Assembly: GCA_043228905.1 (NCBI GenBank)
Contig: JBHGNT010000002.1
Span: forward strand, 21,886,001 to 21,950,000
Length of the DNA stretch: 64,000 bases
Direction: 5' to 3'
Origin: Azolla caroliniana
Taxonomy: Eukaryota > Plantae > Polypodiophyta
Below the pieces are notes generated by a model. That model was not told the DNA's origin. It saw only the letters and a list, made by a program, of their open reading frames with translations, and did not search any database. The position numbers were made by a program, and so were the translations under genes. This document shows positions 11,574-23,852 of this stretch, in pieces. Every line of letters starts with the position of its first letter. The stretch's first letter is position 1.

Positions 11574-13509
11574 AATGTAATATTTTTGGTCTCATAGGTC
11601 ATATTTGACCTCCGAAGACGATAATATAATCTATCTATCTATCTCTCCCTTGACACAAACATGTAATCTAATGTATCTTCATTGCATTACTTAGCAATCC
11701 TAAAATAATCATAAATATAACCATAACCATAGCTCCTAACCTCACGATTAGGTTTGCGCTAATTCATAAGGAATGAAGGGTAAGTATTGAGTTATGTTAA
11801 TCCTAGTATGACGTAAGATAACTTGAACGTGTTGCATTATTTTTATGAGGGAGGTCATCTTTATTAGATCAGATAGGACCCTAATAGTGTTGCCTAACCA
11901 ATGTGGCTAATTCAAAAGGAACGAAAGGTAAGGATTGAGTTATCTGAATCCTACAATGTGAGATAAATTTAGAGTGTTTCATCACTTGGCCACTTCCAAA
12001 ACAAGCAACAAAGTGTGAAACAAACAAAGGCCTAGGGTTTTAGCCTATATATGAAGGCTAACTATCTTCACAAGGGAGTTCATCTTTATTATATTGAAGA
12101 CACATGTGGCTCCTTTTTCTTCAAACCTAATGTATGATCTATGTTTGTACTCAATGTTATGGAACATTGGTGACATGAAATTGAAGCTTCACGTATCAAA
12201 ACAATGTGAAGAAGCTAAAGAATGATATTGCGCCAAGGAGCACGTATGATTTTACGGTTCGTGAACTGGAGTCCAAAAGCCCAAGATACAACATCCAAAA
12301 GGATCATGCTAGGTTCAAGATTGTAAAGGACAAAAATGTAATTATGTTAGAGGGGAGAGGTCGAGATAACATAAGAATGATTTTATAATTTATCAAAAGA
12401 TGTAATTTTATAATGGAGATTTTTAAAAGAAAGCAAACTACCTCAAGGAAGGTGGCAAAGGTGGTTTGCCCCCATAAAAGCCCCAAGAATGAGGAAGGTG
12501 CACTATCAAGGAGGCTGCTCAAGACGGTTTGTGCGGGAGGTGTGTAGTTTGCACAATAGATTACAAAAACTAGAGGAAAGAATAGAAAAGAAGAAAAGGA
12601 GGTATGTTAAAGTGGTTTATCTCACACACTTTTTTCGAAGGAGAGGTTGAAGTGGTTTACCACAAAACAAAAGCCTTTATTCTAGAAGGGGAGGAGCTAA
12701 GTTAAGTCTCGCCAAAACAAGTTAAGTGTTTTTTAATCAATTAATTGACTTTTCTCAACAACTTCGCATCTATTTCATATTCTTGCCATTGCCTAGTCAT
12801 ACCAATCATCCCCGAGTCATAGAACCCCAGCAGTTCTGACACATAACCGCAATATTCATGACATCGACAGGGTACTCGAATTAGTCTCACTTTCGTTAGG
12901 GTTGGTTAAGTGGACTTGCACCCTTTCGCTTAATGTTAATTTAGATTCTTACAATAATTGTCGACGACATGCGATTCGACTGATGGTTCTAGTACCACAA
13001 GCTGCATTGACCATGGTGCATTTGCGAGAATCTCCATCAATGTATTGGTAGGGATGTGGGTCAACGTCAATCTGGATGAGGGGAATCATCATCGGACAAT
13101 TGACCACCAAGTAAGCATTGAGGTCTTCGTGAACTCTCCCTTCGACCATTTTTATGACCTCGGCATGGAAGGGTGTTGAAATGCTAAGGGCATAGCAGCT
13201 TGAGAGTCAAACAGCGCTGAGTTTTTGCCTTGCTCCAGTGAAAAGCTAATTTGGCCATGTTGCCAATTATTCTTGGTGTGGGCCATATGAAGTTCTAGGT
13301 GACCCAAGAGCAATGGTTAACCAGAGGGCAACAACCAACTAGAAGGTCAACAACCAAAATGTGAAAAGGATAAACCCCTGCAAAGACAATGAGGTGCTTA
13401 ATGAGGCCAAGGGGCTGTATCTAATATATGTCTGCCATGTCCCAGTTTGTAAGTTACCAATGATGTAGCCAGCCCATCACCCAACAAAGTTGACAGCTAT
13501 CCCTGATTG

Positions 13510-16482
13510 CTAGACTTTCATGTCAAAGTATTGCGCACATGAGTTAACACTTTGGCCCCTTCTCAAGTTATCAACTTGTGCTGCATGTCCAAGCATCCCA
13601 GCATCCAGATATATGTTTGACATCAGAATATATGCGGTATCCTGCTTTGGATGTAATGTCATCACACGACTGAATGCACTTCTCGCTAGCTTTACATGCC
13701 CACCATGTCTTTTACACGCACTTAGCACACACAACCAAAGTGTCAGATCATCTGGCACACCTGTCCTTCGTTCTAACACACTCTCTAACCTCTTGAAGTC
13801 ACCCGTGCGTCCAAGCAAATCAACAATAATCCCATAATGTTGCAAGTCTGGCAGTATGCAATGACCCCTCTGTATGTAATCAAGATAATCAATGCCATAC
13901 ATCACCCCGGCATGACTGCAAGCCGAGAGAACCAACGACAGTGTTGATTCATCAGGGGAATTGCAGGCTGTTAGTATCATTTTCTGAAACATGAATAAAC
14001 TTGCAATCAGATCACCATTTCCTGCATACGCAGCTATACATGCATTCCAACATAGAATGTCCGGTTTGGGAATTTCATCAAATGATACTTGTATCTCAGC
14101 TGTGGTGCCACATGTCCCATAAGCTCGAATAAGGGTTGCTGCCACCGGGAGAAGGTTATCATATCCAGCACAAACAGCATCACAGTTTATGCATCGACAT
14201 GAGTCCAAGCTTCCAATGGCAGTGCATGCTTGAAGAATGCACACAAAGGTAATATTATCCAATGCAACTCGTTGCTCACGCATCGCTCTATACAGCTCTA
14301 GAGCCTTCCTGCTATGACCTTGAGCTATGTATGCGGAGAGCATTGCATTCCATGCTACAGTGTCATACAAAAGTATGGGTAAACAGAACATATTCTCTGC
14401 GTCGGGAATACTTCCGCACTTAGCATACACATTCACTAATGAGCTACAAAGAAAGGCATCACATGCAAGATCTTTGGAAGACATGTCAGCATACAAAGCT
14501 TTTGCAATTTCAAGGCATATTGCATTCAACTGCCTGCTACCGAATTTAGAACCATCTTTCTCAAGTGCTTCTGGAAGGGTAGCACATGCATAAAGCAGTG
14601 TCACGAAAGTTAACCGGTCAGAGCATACACCTGCCCGTTGCATTTGCTCATACAATTGTAATGCTTTGTCCCCTTGATCATCATCTGCAAAAGTGGCAAT
14701 GATTGAATTCCATGAGACAACGTCAGAGCACGAGAGTGTAGTAAACATGCATTGGGCTTCCACCATAGATTTACACCGACCATACATACTCACGAGTGCA
14801 TTGCCGACAAAGTCATTGGATGCCAAGCTTTTCCTATCAGCATCTGCATGTAATGCCCTCCCAATCTTTAAGTAGTCCTGTTTGGATAACCTTCGTTCAG
14901 TCGAGACAACATCTTCTGATTTTTCAGCTAGAATCCCACATGCCTGAAGGGCATACATAAGTGTGAATTCATCAAACCCCACACCATCGTCTTGCATTTG
15001 CCTGTACAAGAGCAAAGCCATCTCTGATTCACCATTTCTAATGAGTGATGACAACATAGCATTCCACGAAACAATATTGCGGTGGAGCAAACTGTTAAAG
15101 ACGTGCTCTATATCAAGAACTGCTTGGCACTTGCTGTACATGCTCATGAGTGAGCTACTAACAAACACGTCAAAAGTGAAGCCTTGCTTGCAAGCATCTG
15201 CATGTAATGCCCGTCCAATGTGTAGAGGCAGCAGCATGGCATGTGGCTGGCTGCACTGTGCAAGCATACCACAAGCTTGAAAGGCTTTCACAAACGTCAA
15301 GTGGTCAGGGGAGACCTGATATTGCAGTTGCATCCCACTGTACACTTGAAGAGCCTCCTTTGACTTCCCATTGTCCACATATACTGAAAGTAATGTATTG
15401 AAGACAGCAACATCTGGTTGTGAAATGACACGTAGCACATGTTCTGCTTCATGAACCGCCCCTTGTTTTCCATACATCCTAGCGAGGGCGGTGCAAATGA
15501 ATGCATTCGTGCACAAGAGTTCTTTTCTCAGCACGTTTGCATGAAAGGCCCGTCCAATTTCCAAACATTCACTATCCATCTCTACACAGAAAGAGCATGC
15601 CTGAATAGCCATAACGAATGTCCGCCAATCTGGATCGACCCCCTCCTGTTCGTCCATCTGTTTGTACAGAAGCAACGCCTTGACCCCTTGTCGTTGATTG
15701 ATGTATGCCAATAGCATTGCATTCCATGATGTGGTATTGCAGCTGCTGAGTTCACAGAACACGTTCTCTGCATCCACAACTGCACCACACTTCCCATACA
15801 TGCTCACAAGAGTGCTGACAACAAACACATTCGATGCCAAGCCGTGAGCGTTCGCATCCTGGTGCAACTTCATTCCTTGCCGGAGCTTCAAATTAGCCCC
15901 ACAGGCCTTTAGCAAACTGACCAATACATAAGTATTGGGGGAGACGCCGCTTCGCTGCATGCATTCATATATCCATAGAGCTTGGTCCACATTGTTGTTC
16001 TGGACATATGCACAGATGATGGCAGCCCATGTCGGGGCTGCTGCACGAGGTCTATCCAGCATTGTATGGCACACCTCATGGCCGATGGTGCAACTTTCAA
16101 CAATACTCTCAAATCGAGCGTTATCATTGGGGATAGCAGTAGCATCATGGGGTGCAAGCAGGTACCTGGGGTGATTTGAGTAGTGGAGGGGAGTAGCAAC
16201 AGCAGAAAGCCATGGATGTGGCCACGGATGCTGCTTCCGCCGCCTGGAACGAAAACGAAAACCATCTTTTTCTTCTCCTTCTTCTCCTCCTCCTCCTCCT
16301 TCTTCTTTTCCCAAACGGAGGGCCTCGAGGAGCAGGCAATGGCTGTTATTATTATCAGCGATGGGCACAGCAGGGTCGGGACAGGGGGAGGAGGCATGGC
16401 TACTGCTGCTGCTGCTGCTGCTGAGAGGATGGAGGAATGGAGCTGAGGTGCAGCCCCTACCCTGTCTCCAACAGATCTGCAT
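13510..16482 (-). CDS. PLS-class pentatricopeptide repeat protein with E domain and no DYW domain, ~990 aa, intronless
   Basis: Repeated P-L-S triplets (e.g. NVFVVSTLVSMYGKCGAVVDAENVF, VSWNAML) and an E-type C-terminus (QHYGIIVDLLGRTG...WLCVLSACKRHG...TAYILMSNIY). The first in-frame ATG is at 16482 and is followed by a Ser-rich transit-peptide-like segment. The ORF-track start at 16809 is TTG. Confidence 0.9.
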   Translation of the reverse strand: MQICWRQGRGCTSAPFLHPLSSSSSSSSHASSPCPDPAVPIADNNNSHCLLLEALRLGKEEGGGGGEEGEEKDGFRFRSRRRKQHPWPHPWLSAVATPLHYSNHPRYLLAPHDATAIPNDNARFESIVESCTIGHEVCHTMLDRPRAAAPTWAAIICAYVQNNNVDQALWIYECMQRSGVSPNTYVLVSLLKACGANLKLRQGMKLHQDANAHGLASNVFVVSTLVSMYGKCGAVVDAENVFCELSSCNTTSWNAMLLAYINQRQGVKALLLYKQMDEQEGVDPDWRTFVMAIQACSFCVEMDSECLEIGRAFHANVLRKELLCTNAFICTALARMYGKQGAVHEAEHVLRVISQPDVAVFNTLLSVYVDNGKSKEALQVYSGMQLQYQVSPDHLTFVKAFQACGMLAQCSQPHAMLLPLHIGRALHADACKQGFTFDVFVSSSLMSMYSKCQAVLDIEHVFNSLLHRNIVSWNAMLSSLIRNGESEMALLLYRQMQDDGVGFDEFTLMYALQACGILAEKSEDVVSTERRLSKQDYLKIGRALHADADRKSLASNDFVGNALVSMYGRCKSMVEAQCMFTTLSCSDVVSWNSIIATFADDDQGDKALQLYEQMQRAGVCSDRLTFVTLLYACATLPEALEKDGSKFGSRQLNAICLEIAKALYADMSSKDLACDAFLCSSLVNVYAKCGSIPDAENMFCLPILLYDTVAWNAMLSAYIAQGHSRKALELYRAMREQRVALDNITFVCILQACTAIGSLDSCRCINCDAVCAGYDNLLPVAATLIRAYGTCGTTAEIQVSFDEIPKPDILCWNACIAAYAGNGDLIASLFMFQKMILTACNSPDESTLSLVLSACSHAGVMYGIDYLDYIQRGHCILPDLQHYGIIVDLLGRTGDFKRLESVLERRTGVPDDLTLWLCVLSACKRHGGHVKLARSAFSRVMTLHPKQDTAYILMSNIYLDAGMLGHAAQVDNLRRGQSVNSCAQYFDMKV

Positions 16483-16582
16483 TGGCTCATAGCCATCGCC
16501 ACTTCTGGTTCTGGTTCTAGTTCTTTCTTTCCATGACAAGGGGCCAGAACTACCATCTCTGTATATGTATAACAGTATATCA

Positions 16583-16616
16583 TATATGTATATGTATATG
16601 TATGTGTATATGTATG

Positions 16617-16711
<95 letters not shown>

Positions 16712-16714
16712 GTA
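16583..16714. repeat. (TATATG/TATGTG)n hexamer microsatellite, probably in a 5' UTR intron of the PPR gene
   Basis: Read directly. A minus-strand acceptor-like TATACAG ends at 16559. Confidence 0.85.
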
Positions 16715-19281
16715 TTCTTGTAGAAGAAAATATGTCTCAGCACACGTCCTAGACCGGGGACCCCTGCGTTCCCACCGCACAGCCTACATCCAAGCTTGCC
16801 ACAATACACAACAAAACCTTTAAACTCTTCTTCGATCGGCCAAAACTACAAAACACGACCAAAAAAGCCCCCTCTCGTTCCCCATGATAAGTTTCGACTA
16901 ACTAATTTTCATGCCTACGAAGGAATGCAAATTTTTGGAGTGTTCTGTTCTTTCTAGGTTTACCTCCTCGAGGAGAGTTTCCCATGGTTAAAATATGAAA
17001 AGATGTGCCTAATTTGATGGTCATAGCAAACCTCTTCCTAGAAAGCAATATCCAACATGTGTGGTACGCATATAAGAAATGACATGTCATGTGTATGTGT
17101 ATGTACATCCATCTCAACTAATGTCCGAAGGTTTACACACACGTTATCGAAACCTCTCATTCAAAATATCCAGCAATGCGCAAATGGTGATGTAAATGAG
17201 GCATCATATCATGCATACACCTACATTTGGATTGCTCCAAGGCCTTTCATACATATTTGTTTTAAAATTTTGTATACAAGGTATGTATGTTTTTTTCGCC
17301 CAACTCTCTTATTCAATGTTCATACATAGTGTTCCTAGATTGTTTTTTTCACCCTTTTCAAATTTCACCATCATTGCCAAGAACAATGGGGTAGACAAGA
17401 GCGTTAGTGTTGTATGCAACTAGTTGAGATACATGAAATTGGTGGATATTTGGGGTGATTGAAGCACCACAAAAGTTAGAGTCCAGATATCTAATCGAGA
17501 AACTTGAACTACCCATGTATTTGCAGCATATGAACACCTTCAATCTCTCTTCCTATAGTTTGAACTCTTATGCTCTCTTTCTCTAGGTCCCCACCTCTTT
17601 TTGAACCTTAAGCCACATCTCCTCTAGGTCCCTAACCCTTTATACACAATCATATGCACAAATTCACCACATCTTACAACCCATTGTGCACAAAAACATA
17701 ACATTCCAATCCATGTCGCACATATGCAAGCCACTTGCAATCCACTTGTAGAAGTCATCCTCACAAAAACCCTCCCATTCAACCACCCACTCACCAAGTT
17801 GATGTTGCACCAGCAAGTCCAACCAAAGCTCATGATTAATCATCAATTCGGCACGAGGGTGGTTTTCAACAAGAAAGTCTTAATACGCTAACGAAAGGAA
17901 TTTGTCAAATCAAAGTCTAAGAATAGCCATGCAGTTGATTTAACAATGATTACACGGCCTTGGATGTTTGACTTTTACAATACATCCATTCTCCTTATGG
18001 GGCTACATCCTCTCCATGCGTTCAACATTTGCTACCAAAGGTTAGACCCTTATGTTAAAGGACTTTCTATTCACATATCATATTACATATGTTGCACCAA
18101 ACTACATAACCACCTTCTTCTCTATATGTTTGATCCTTGCCATGGCCTCACCCCATTCCGTGGATGTAATAGGCTCTCTATCTAAAACACTACTTTTAGT
18201 TTGGCTAAATCTTGAGAGACTAAGAATCAAGAGTTGGCATCAGCCCACAATATATTCATCAATGTTCGTTGGACAAAGACATGTGACCTAGACAATCTCA
18301 AATGCTGATGTTTGATGTTATCCAAGGATGAGATGAATTACTCAAGGCTATGAATCTAATGACTAATTTAGTCGAGCATTTGGATGCACGTTGGTGTGTT
18401 ATGGGCTGACAGTATAGGAGTAGCAAAATAGTAATGCAATTAGCATTTATTATGTTTATCCGAGAAAGGCAGCGACATGTATGTCAATGTACAATTGTAC
18501 ATCAAAATGGTTAGCCTGGGCAATTCATTTACACCTCAATGCAAGAAGAAACTACATGATAAATGTGCCTGGATTGCATTAGAATTTGCAAAGGCTTGGC
18601 AAGCATCTCTCCATTCAGACTTTGGAAACCAAGGGAATTAATTTTTTTATCCCATGCGTAGTGATAGATATCCTGAGCATTCTCCATTACATCTTGTTCT
18701 ACTACATATGTAAAGGGTGGGATAAAAAGCTGATTTCTAGAAAAACAATCTTTTTTTAAGATGGAAAGGGCAAATGCATATATCTGTACATATAAGACTG
18801 TTCATATATCTGTATAATGTACATACAAAAGACAGTTCATATATTTGTATATTGTACATACAAAAGACAGTTCACACAAGTGGGGGGTTTTTTTTACCAG
18901 ACAACGAGCTAGAAGCTACTCAATCTCATGGTAAAGAAAGTGAAACATTTAATGAACGAAACAAAATCTTTCTTGTCAGAGTATTCTGGATTGAGAGACA
19001 AAACTAATTTCATGACAGCATTGTTCTCTTTCAGCATAACACATATATATAGAGAGAGAGATATATAAACATGCATGTATGTGTGTATAAAACCAATCCA
19101 TTAAGAAAATTTCATTCGATGAAAAGAGCGTGGTGTACAATGGTACAAAAGGCAGCAGAGAGCTTTTACAGAGGTGGGGGGAGGCTGGAAGAAAAATCGT
19201 AAGTAAACCACATGAATCGGTTCGAAACTGAATTCGATTCAATCCAATTCATGGTGATGAAGGTAAATAAAAGAAAACCCA

Positions 19282-19445
19282 ACAACAGTCAATACCCGAA
19301 CCACGTCCCTTTTGACCTATTTTGTGTGGTTAAGAGAGAAGACACGCACACACACAACATATTATGCATATACAACAACTAACATTGTATACATCATGTG
19401 TGGTGGATGAGGAGCCTGACCTAATGGTGCGTTCTTGACTGTTGT
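19282..19445 (-). promoter_or_regulatory. Conserved HD-ZIP IV 3' UTR motif pair forming a long-range stem
   Basis: In mRNA sense, AGTCAAGAACGCACC (19440-19426) and GTGGTTCGGGTATTGACT (19304-19287) match the motifs described for angiosperm HD-ZIP IV 3' UTRs and are complementary to each other. Confidence 0.85.
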
Positions 19446-19824
19446 CCATTCTTCCACTAAACAACTACAACTATCAAAGATGGCATGGCCTCTTCCTCTA
19501 TCAAGTAGCATGTTAGGCATGCTTTTGAAGTTTTAGGGTTTTCAGGATTCATGTTTAGATCCTTGAGGGAGATATCAACAGCCTTTCATTCTGTTTAAAA
19601 AATAATAGAATGTGTTGATTTCCCCTCAAGAAGACCTTCACCTGGATGTAGAAAGACAACTTTGATAGAAGAATAGGCCATACCTCTCTACACTACTTAC
19701 AATACCTAAAATTAAAATCCATGTTTCAAGTTCATGATTCTTTCATGGCTGACAAAACAAAAGAGCTAACCACAAGCCCCCCCCTGCCCCTCCATCAAAA
19801 AAAAGCTGTGCTGCCAAAAACATG

Positions 19825-22800
19825 TCACACATTTTCACAGGCAAGCGCACTCCTGATGCGGACTACTGTGCTGGAGATGAGCTTGTTCACTGTTGCGACT
19901 GAGCCTAATGATAATCTCGCCGTCGGTACATGATCCACGAGAATCTGGAAAGCTACTGTGAGCAGAGAACCACTAGAAGAGGGTCCTGTGGATGATGGGG
20001 TGAGACCCATGACATTGTTGTTCTCGTGGTTGGAAGGTGGTCCATCAGGGAGGATAGCAAAACCAGAAGGCAAAAGGGCGACAGCTTCAGGATTGCCTCC
20101 ATTCAGAACAGTACTCATTGCAGCAATATCCACAGGGGCATAGACCACGAGAGAGCAAGATTCATCGGTGCAGCATTCTTGTAGGATGAGCATGTTGCTT
20201 TGACTGGCTGCAATGGGCTGAATGTCAACACAACAGGGTAGAGGTTAGTGACCACTGAATATAATTTACAACTTATCACAACAAGAAAAAGCATGCCACC
20301 AATGTGGATGCAAAAATGAAGGGCTGCGAATGAAGATTTGGGAAGCTTACGTTGACCCTCAATAGAGAGACACAGTTCCCAGGATCTTGGCCTTTGGCTA
20401 GGTGGAACATTTCTTCGACAACACCAGTATTTGATAGGATATCCCACTAAAACACATGGAAACCAGTGTTAGATCCACCACAAACAAACAGAAAGTGGAT
20501 GCAAAGATATATATCTGCGGTGTACCTCTGTCCGGAAACGTTCATCTCGTAGGAACTGGAAAACCTTAGATGGAGGTACAGGCAGCCGGAGTGATGTAGC
20601 AGCACTGAGAACAATGCCAGGCGGCCTGCCAGGGTCATCCACACTCTTGCGAATGAGGACCCAAAAATCGTCCACACCTCCACTGCCAGCCAGGGTTACC
20701 CAAGTGTGAGCAGTGGACGCACTCACACCCCCACAAAAGTTGTTGGTCATCCTTTCAGCCAGCTTCAGCATGCTTCTCCTACCCTCAGGATTCGGAATGA
20801 CTGTAGAAAATTTCACAGAATAGCATGTCAGAGGATGACACATGACATGATTCTAATATACAAAAGCAAAGCCCATTTAACAACACAACTTGTTCTCTCA
20901 CCACTCATATCTCTGGGAGCAATATTCGCAAGCACACTGGCAATCCTCTCACATTGCCTCTGTAATGTGCACATCCAGCGTCGAGCACCAAATGCCATAC
21001 CAGATTCCACAAATGACTGGTATAATCCATGGACAGCCGATGTATGAGCCTCCATGTGCTCTACCCAAGTCACCTACAAAACAAAACATTGTGAGGTTTT
21101 GGTTTGGGCACACAAATGTCTGTATGAAGAAGGATCTATTTCATAGGTGACCACATACTAAGGCTGTGGAACAGAATATATGTGTGCATGCATGCATACC
21201 TTGGAATAACCACTGGGCATTTCTTGTATGAGGCATCCAGAGGGGCGCCTTCTGCACAGAAGTTGAGATGGGGAAAGATTTCCTCTCAAACTATCTACGG
21301 ACACATCAACAATTACCCACAAACGGTCTACACGCTTGCAGTAGCGGAGGAAGTACAACTCCCGAGTCGGGACAAGAGGTGTAGGCACTTGAAACTCTGC
21401 ATACATCTGACCATACGATCCATTAAGTCAGAATACCTTAGCACATTAATGAAATTAAGACATCAAACATCAGAAAACCCCATGACAATCAATATCTCAG
21501 ATTCACATCAAACATAAGACTATGTTTAGATCTTCCTCACCAGTTGTATGGCCCCATCATAATTTCCAGCAACTCCAGTCGACAGCATTTCCAGTGTTTG
21601 AGCCCTCGAGACAACAGAAGGAAACATTTCTGTCCAGCAATTCTGTGGGATGCAAACAGCACTCATTAGATAAACAAGATACATCAAAAGAAAAAGCAAG
21701 CATTGCATGGCTGGGGGGGGAGTAATGAAATGGATGGATGACTCACAACATCCATGAAGGTCTCGACCAATGAAACAGAGTTCATGATAACCAATCCTGT
21801 GTGCCTCGATGTCTCGGATTTGAGGCCAACTGGAGTGGGACCAATGCCTCTCTGAAACTTCTGGAGGTAAACATCGTGGTCAATTATCTCCGACGAGGGA
21901 TTGGTAGGATGGACGGTCCATAGCGGCTCTCCGGCTTGAGCAACCTGCAACAGCTCTTCCATGGAAGCTACAGCAAGCTCCACCACAAGGGGCTTCTCCA
22001 TTTCGGTGAGAGGAAATGTGCGTGCTGTAGCGGCCAGGTCCGATGCGATGGAGCCCGAGGTCAGCTCAGTGCTGCAGCCCAAAGATGGCAATGCACCTGG
22101 CGGGAGGACATCTAGACAACTTGCAGATCCTGAAGGAGAAGCAACAGATAATGCCCCTGTCCCCGACTGAACCTGTCTTCCAATGTACTTTGATGCCATG
22201 GCCGTGATGTGCTCTATCTGCAATTGTTATCCAAATTAATCAGAAGAAGTTGGTTAGATAGGAACAAAAAAAAGACCAGAGAATCCTTTCATCTGTCTTT
22301 CCTTATTTATTTCCTCTACTTGGATAATATCTCACCTCCTCCCTGAGCCTCACATTCTCTATCCTCAGCTGCTGTTCATCAAAGGACATCTCTGCAATAT
22401 TTGCAGGGCCTCCACAATTAGGGCAAGAGAGATTCCTGACTGCATCACGAAGCGCAAAATTCTCCGCTTTCAGCTTCTCATTCTCCGTTCGCAGCACACT
22501 ATTATCATTACGCTCATGGTGAACCTGCCCAAAAACAAGCAAAATGCCACGCCATTATTGTCAGGCCTTCCCTAACAGAGAGCCATGATATACCAGTATT
22601 TGCAAAAGGCTGAACAGTGTAAGACCAATCAAATACCTTCATCTTGGTCCTCTTGTTCTGGAACCAGAACTTGATTTGCCTCGTTGATAGCTCCAGCTCC
22701 CTTCCAAGCTCTTGCCTCTGCTTCTCGTTAGGGTGAGGGCACTCCTTGAAGAACCTGCACCACATTATATCAATCAGAATTGATGACGAAGAACACCTCA

Positions 22801-23563
22801 TGAATTGATCGGATTAGATGTAGTCAATCGTTCAATGTGTTTTGTGTCTGTGTCTGTGTTTGATTTGCAGCAGAATATGGACCGATCTTATACCTTTCCA
22901 TCTCCTGGATTTGACGAAGTGTATGTCTGTGGTATCGCTTCTTCTTCGTTGGCCTTGTATCGTCTCCATCTGCATCCTCCCCAGATCCTCCACCTTCCGG
23001 GTTGTCACTGCTGAATTTGTCGTCTGAATCTTCTTCTCTTTGCTTGGCCATGAGCTCACTCTCGGCCATATCAACTACTCCATCCAGAAGGAACCCCCCA
23101 TTACCACCATTCGCCTGCCAAAAAAGACAGAAATTTCGCAAGAAATGAGAAGATAAAACCTTGAAAAGGATTCAGACAACAATTATAGACGCAAAATCAG
23201 AAAAGAGAATGCAGCAGGCTAACTAGGGTTCCTGTGCGCAGGGATTAATTGAATGATTACATTCAGCACAGCGCTGACATGACAATGAGAGTGATAGCCT
23301 GATGACAAGAAAACAAGAAAATGGAAAGGAACGGAAAGAAAAATGGCGTAGATTCTTCTTACGGGAGCAAGCGACAAATTGGAAGGGTTGTAGAGGCTTC
23401 TGCCATTGATGCTGCTGAGCTGATGATGCATGAGACCTGCAGTGACGCCGCCGCCATTGCTACCGCTGTTATTTCTGCTACTGTTGTTGTATGCGCCACC
23501 GAATCCACCAAAATTGTTAGGGTTGCTGCTTAGGGTTACTGTTTCTCCTCCAGACATCATCAT
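19825..23563 (-). CDS. Class IV homeodomain-leucine zipper (HD-ZLZ-START-SAD) transcription factor, ATML1/PDF2/HDG-like, 11 exons, ~814 aa
   Basis: Exons: 23563-23363, 23114-22894, 22754-22637, 22524-22336, 22217-21747, 21642-21541, 21406-21200, 21073-20902, 20800-20526, 20446-20351, 20217-19825. All introns are GT-AG and phase-consistent (2445 nt). Motifs: [63 protein letters not shown]. Confidence 0.96.
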
Positions 23564-23801
23564 TTTCTGTGTGTTATCTCCCCGCCTGCTGCTACTAGCC
23601 ACAGAGTAGACAAAAATGCCTTCTTTCCTGTCTCAACTACTCAGTGGGATGAAGAAGCAATGAGGCATTGCACGTCTTACTGCCACTGTAATCTGTCTGC
23701 AACAGCCATTCTTGAGAACCAAAAAAGAAGGGGCAATGCTAGGGTGTGGGCGACAGGAAGAGATAAGAGGTACCAAGAGACAGAAGGAAAGAGGGAGTGG
23801 A

Positions 23802-23803
<2 letters not shown>

Positions 23804-23852
<49 letters not shown>

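Larger units (their letters stand above)
7205..11647 (+). mobile_element. Near full-length non-LTR retrotransposon (LINE), RTEX-like, ~4.4 kb
   Basis: It has a 5' UTR with a short internal repeat (CATCCGCAxCCATCTT at 7206 and 7256), ORF1, ORF2 (APE-RT-CCHC), a short 3' UTR and an (ATCT)n tail instead of poly(A). The clade call is inferred from motifs. Confidence 0.9.

Noticed and set aside
11650-13500. Possible Gypsy gag/LTR relic and a ~148-bp diverged repeat
   Set aside because: Too decayed to assign by eye.
16483-16809. N-terminal extension of the 1099-aa PPR ORF with a (YT/YI)n tract
   Set aside because: It starts at TTG and runs through a stop-free hexamer microsatellite ending in an acceptor-like TACAG. 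It is more likely 5' UTR and intron than protein.
18310-18355. Idea that MIC10 ends here (DEMNYSRL*), which would nest the PPR gene in its intron
   Set aside because: The AAG acceptor is weak and there is no homology support.
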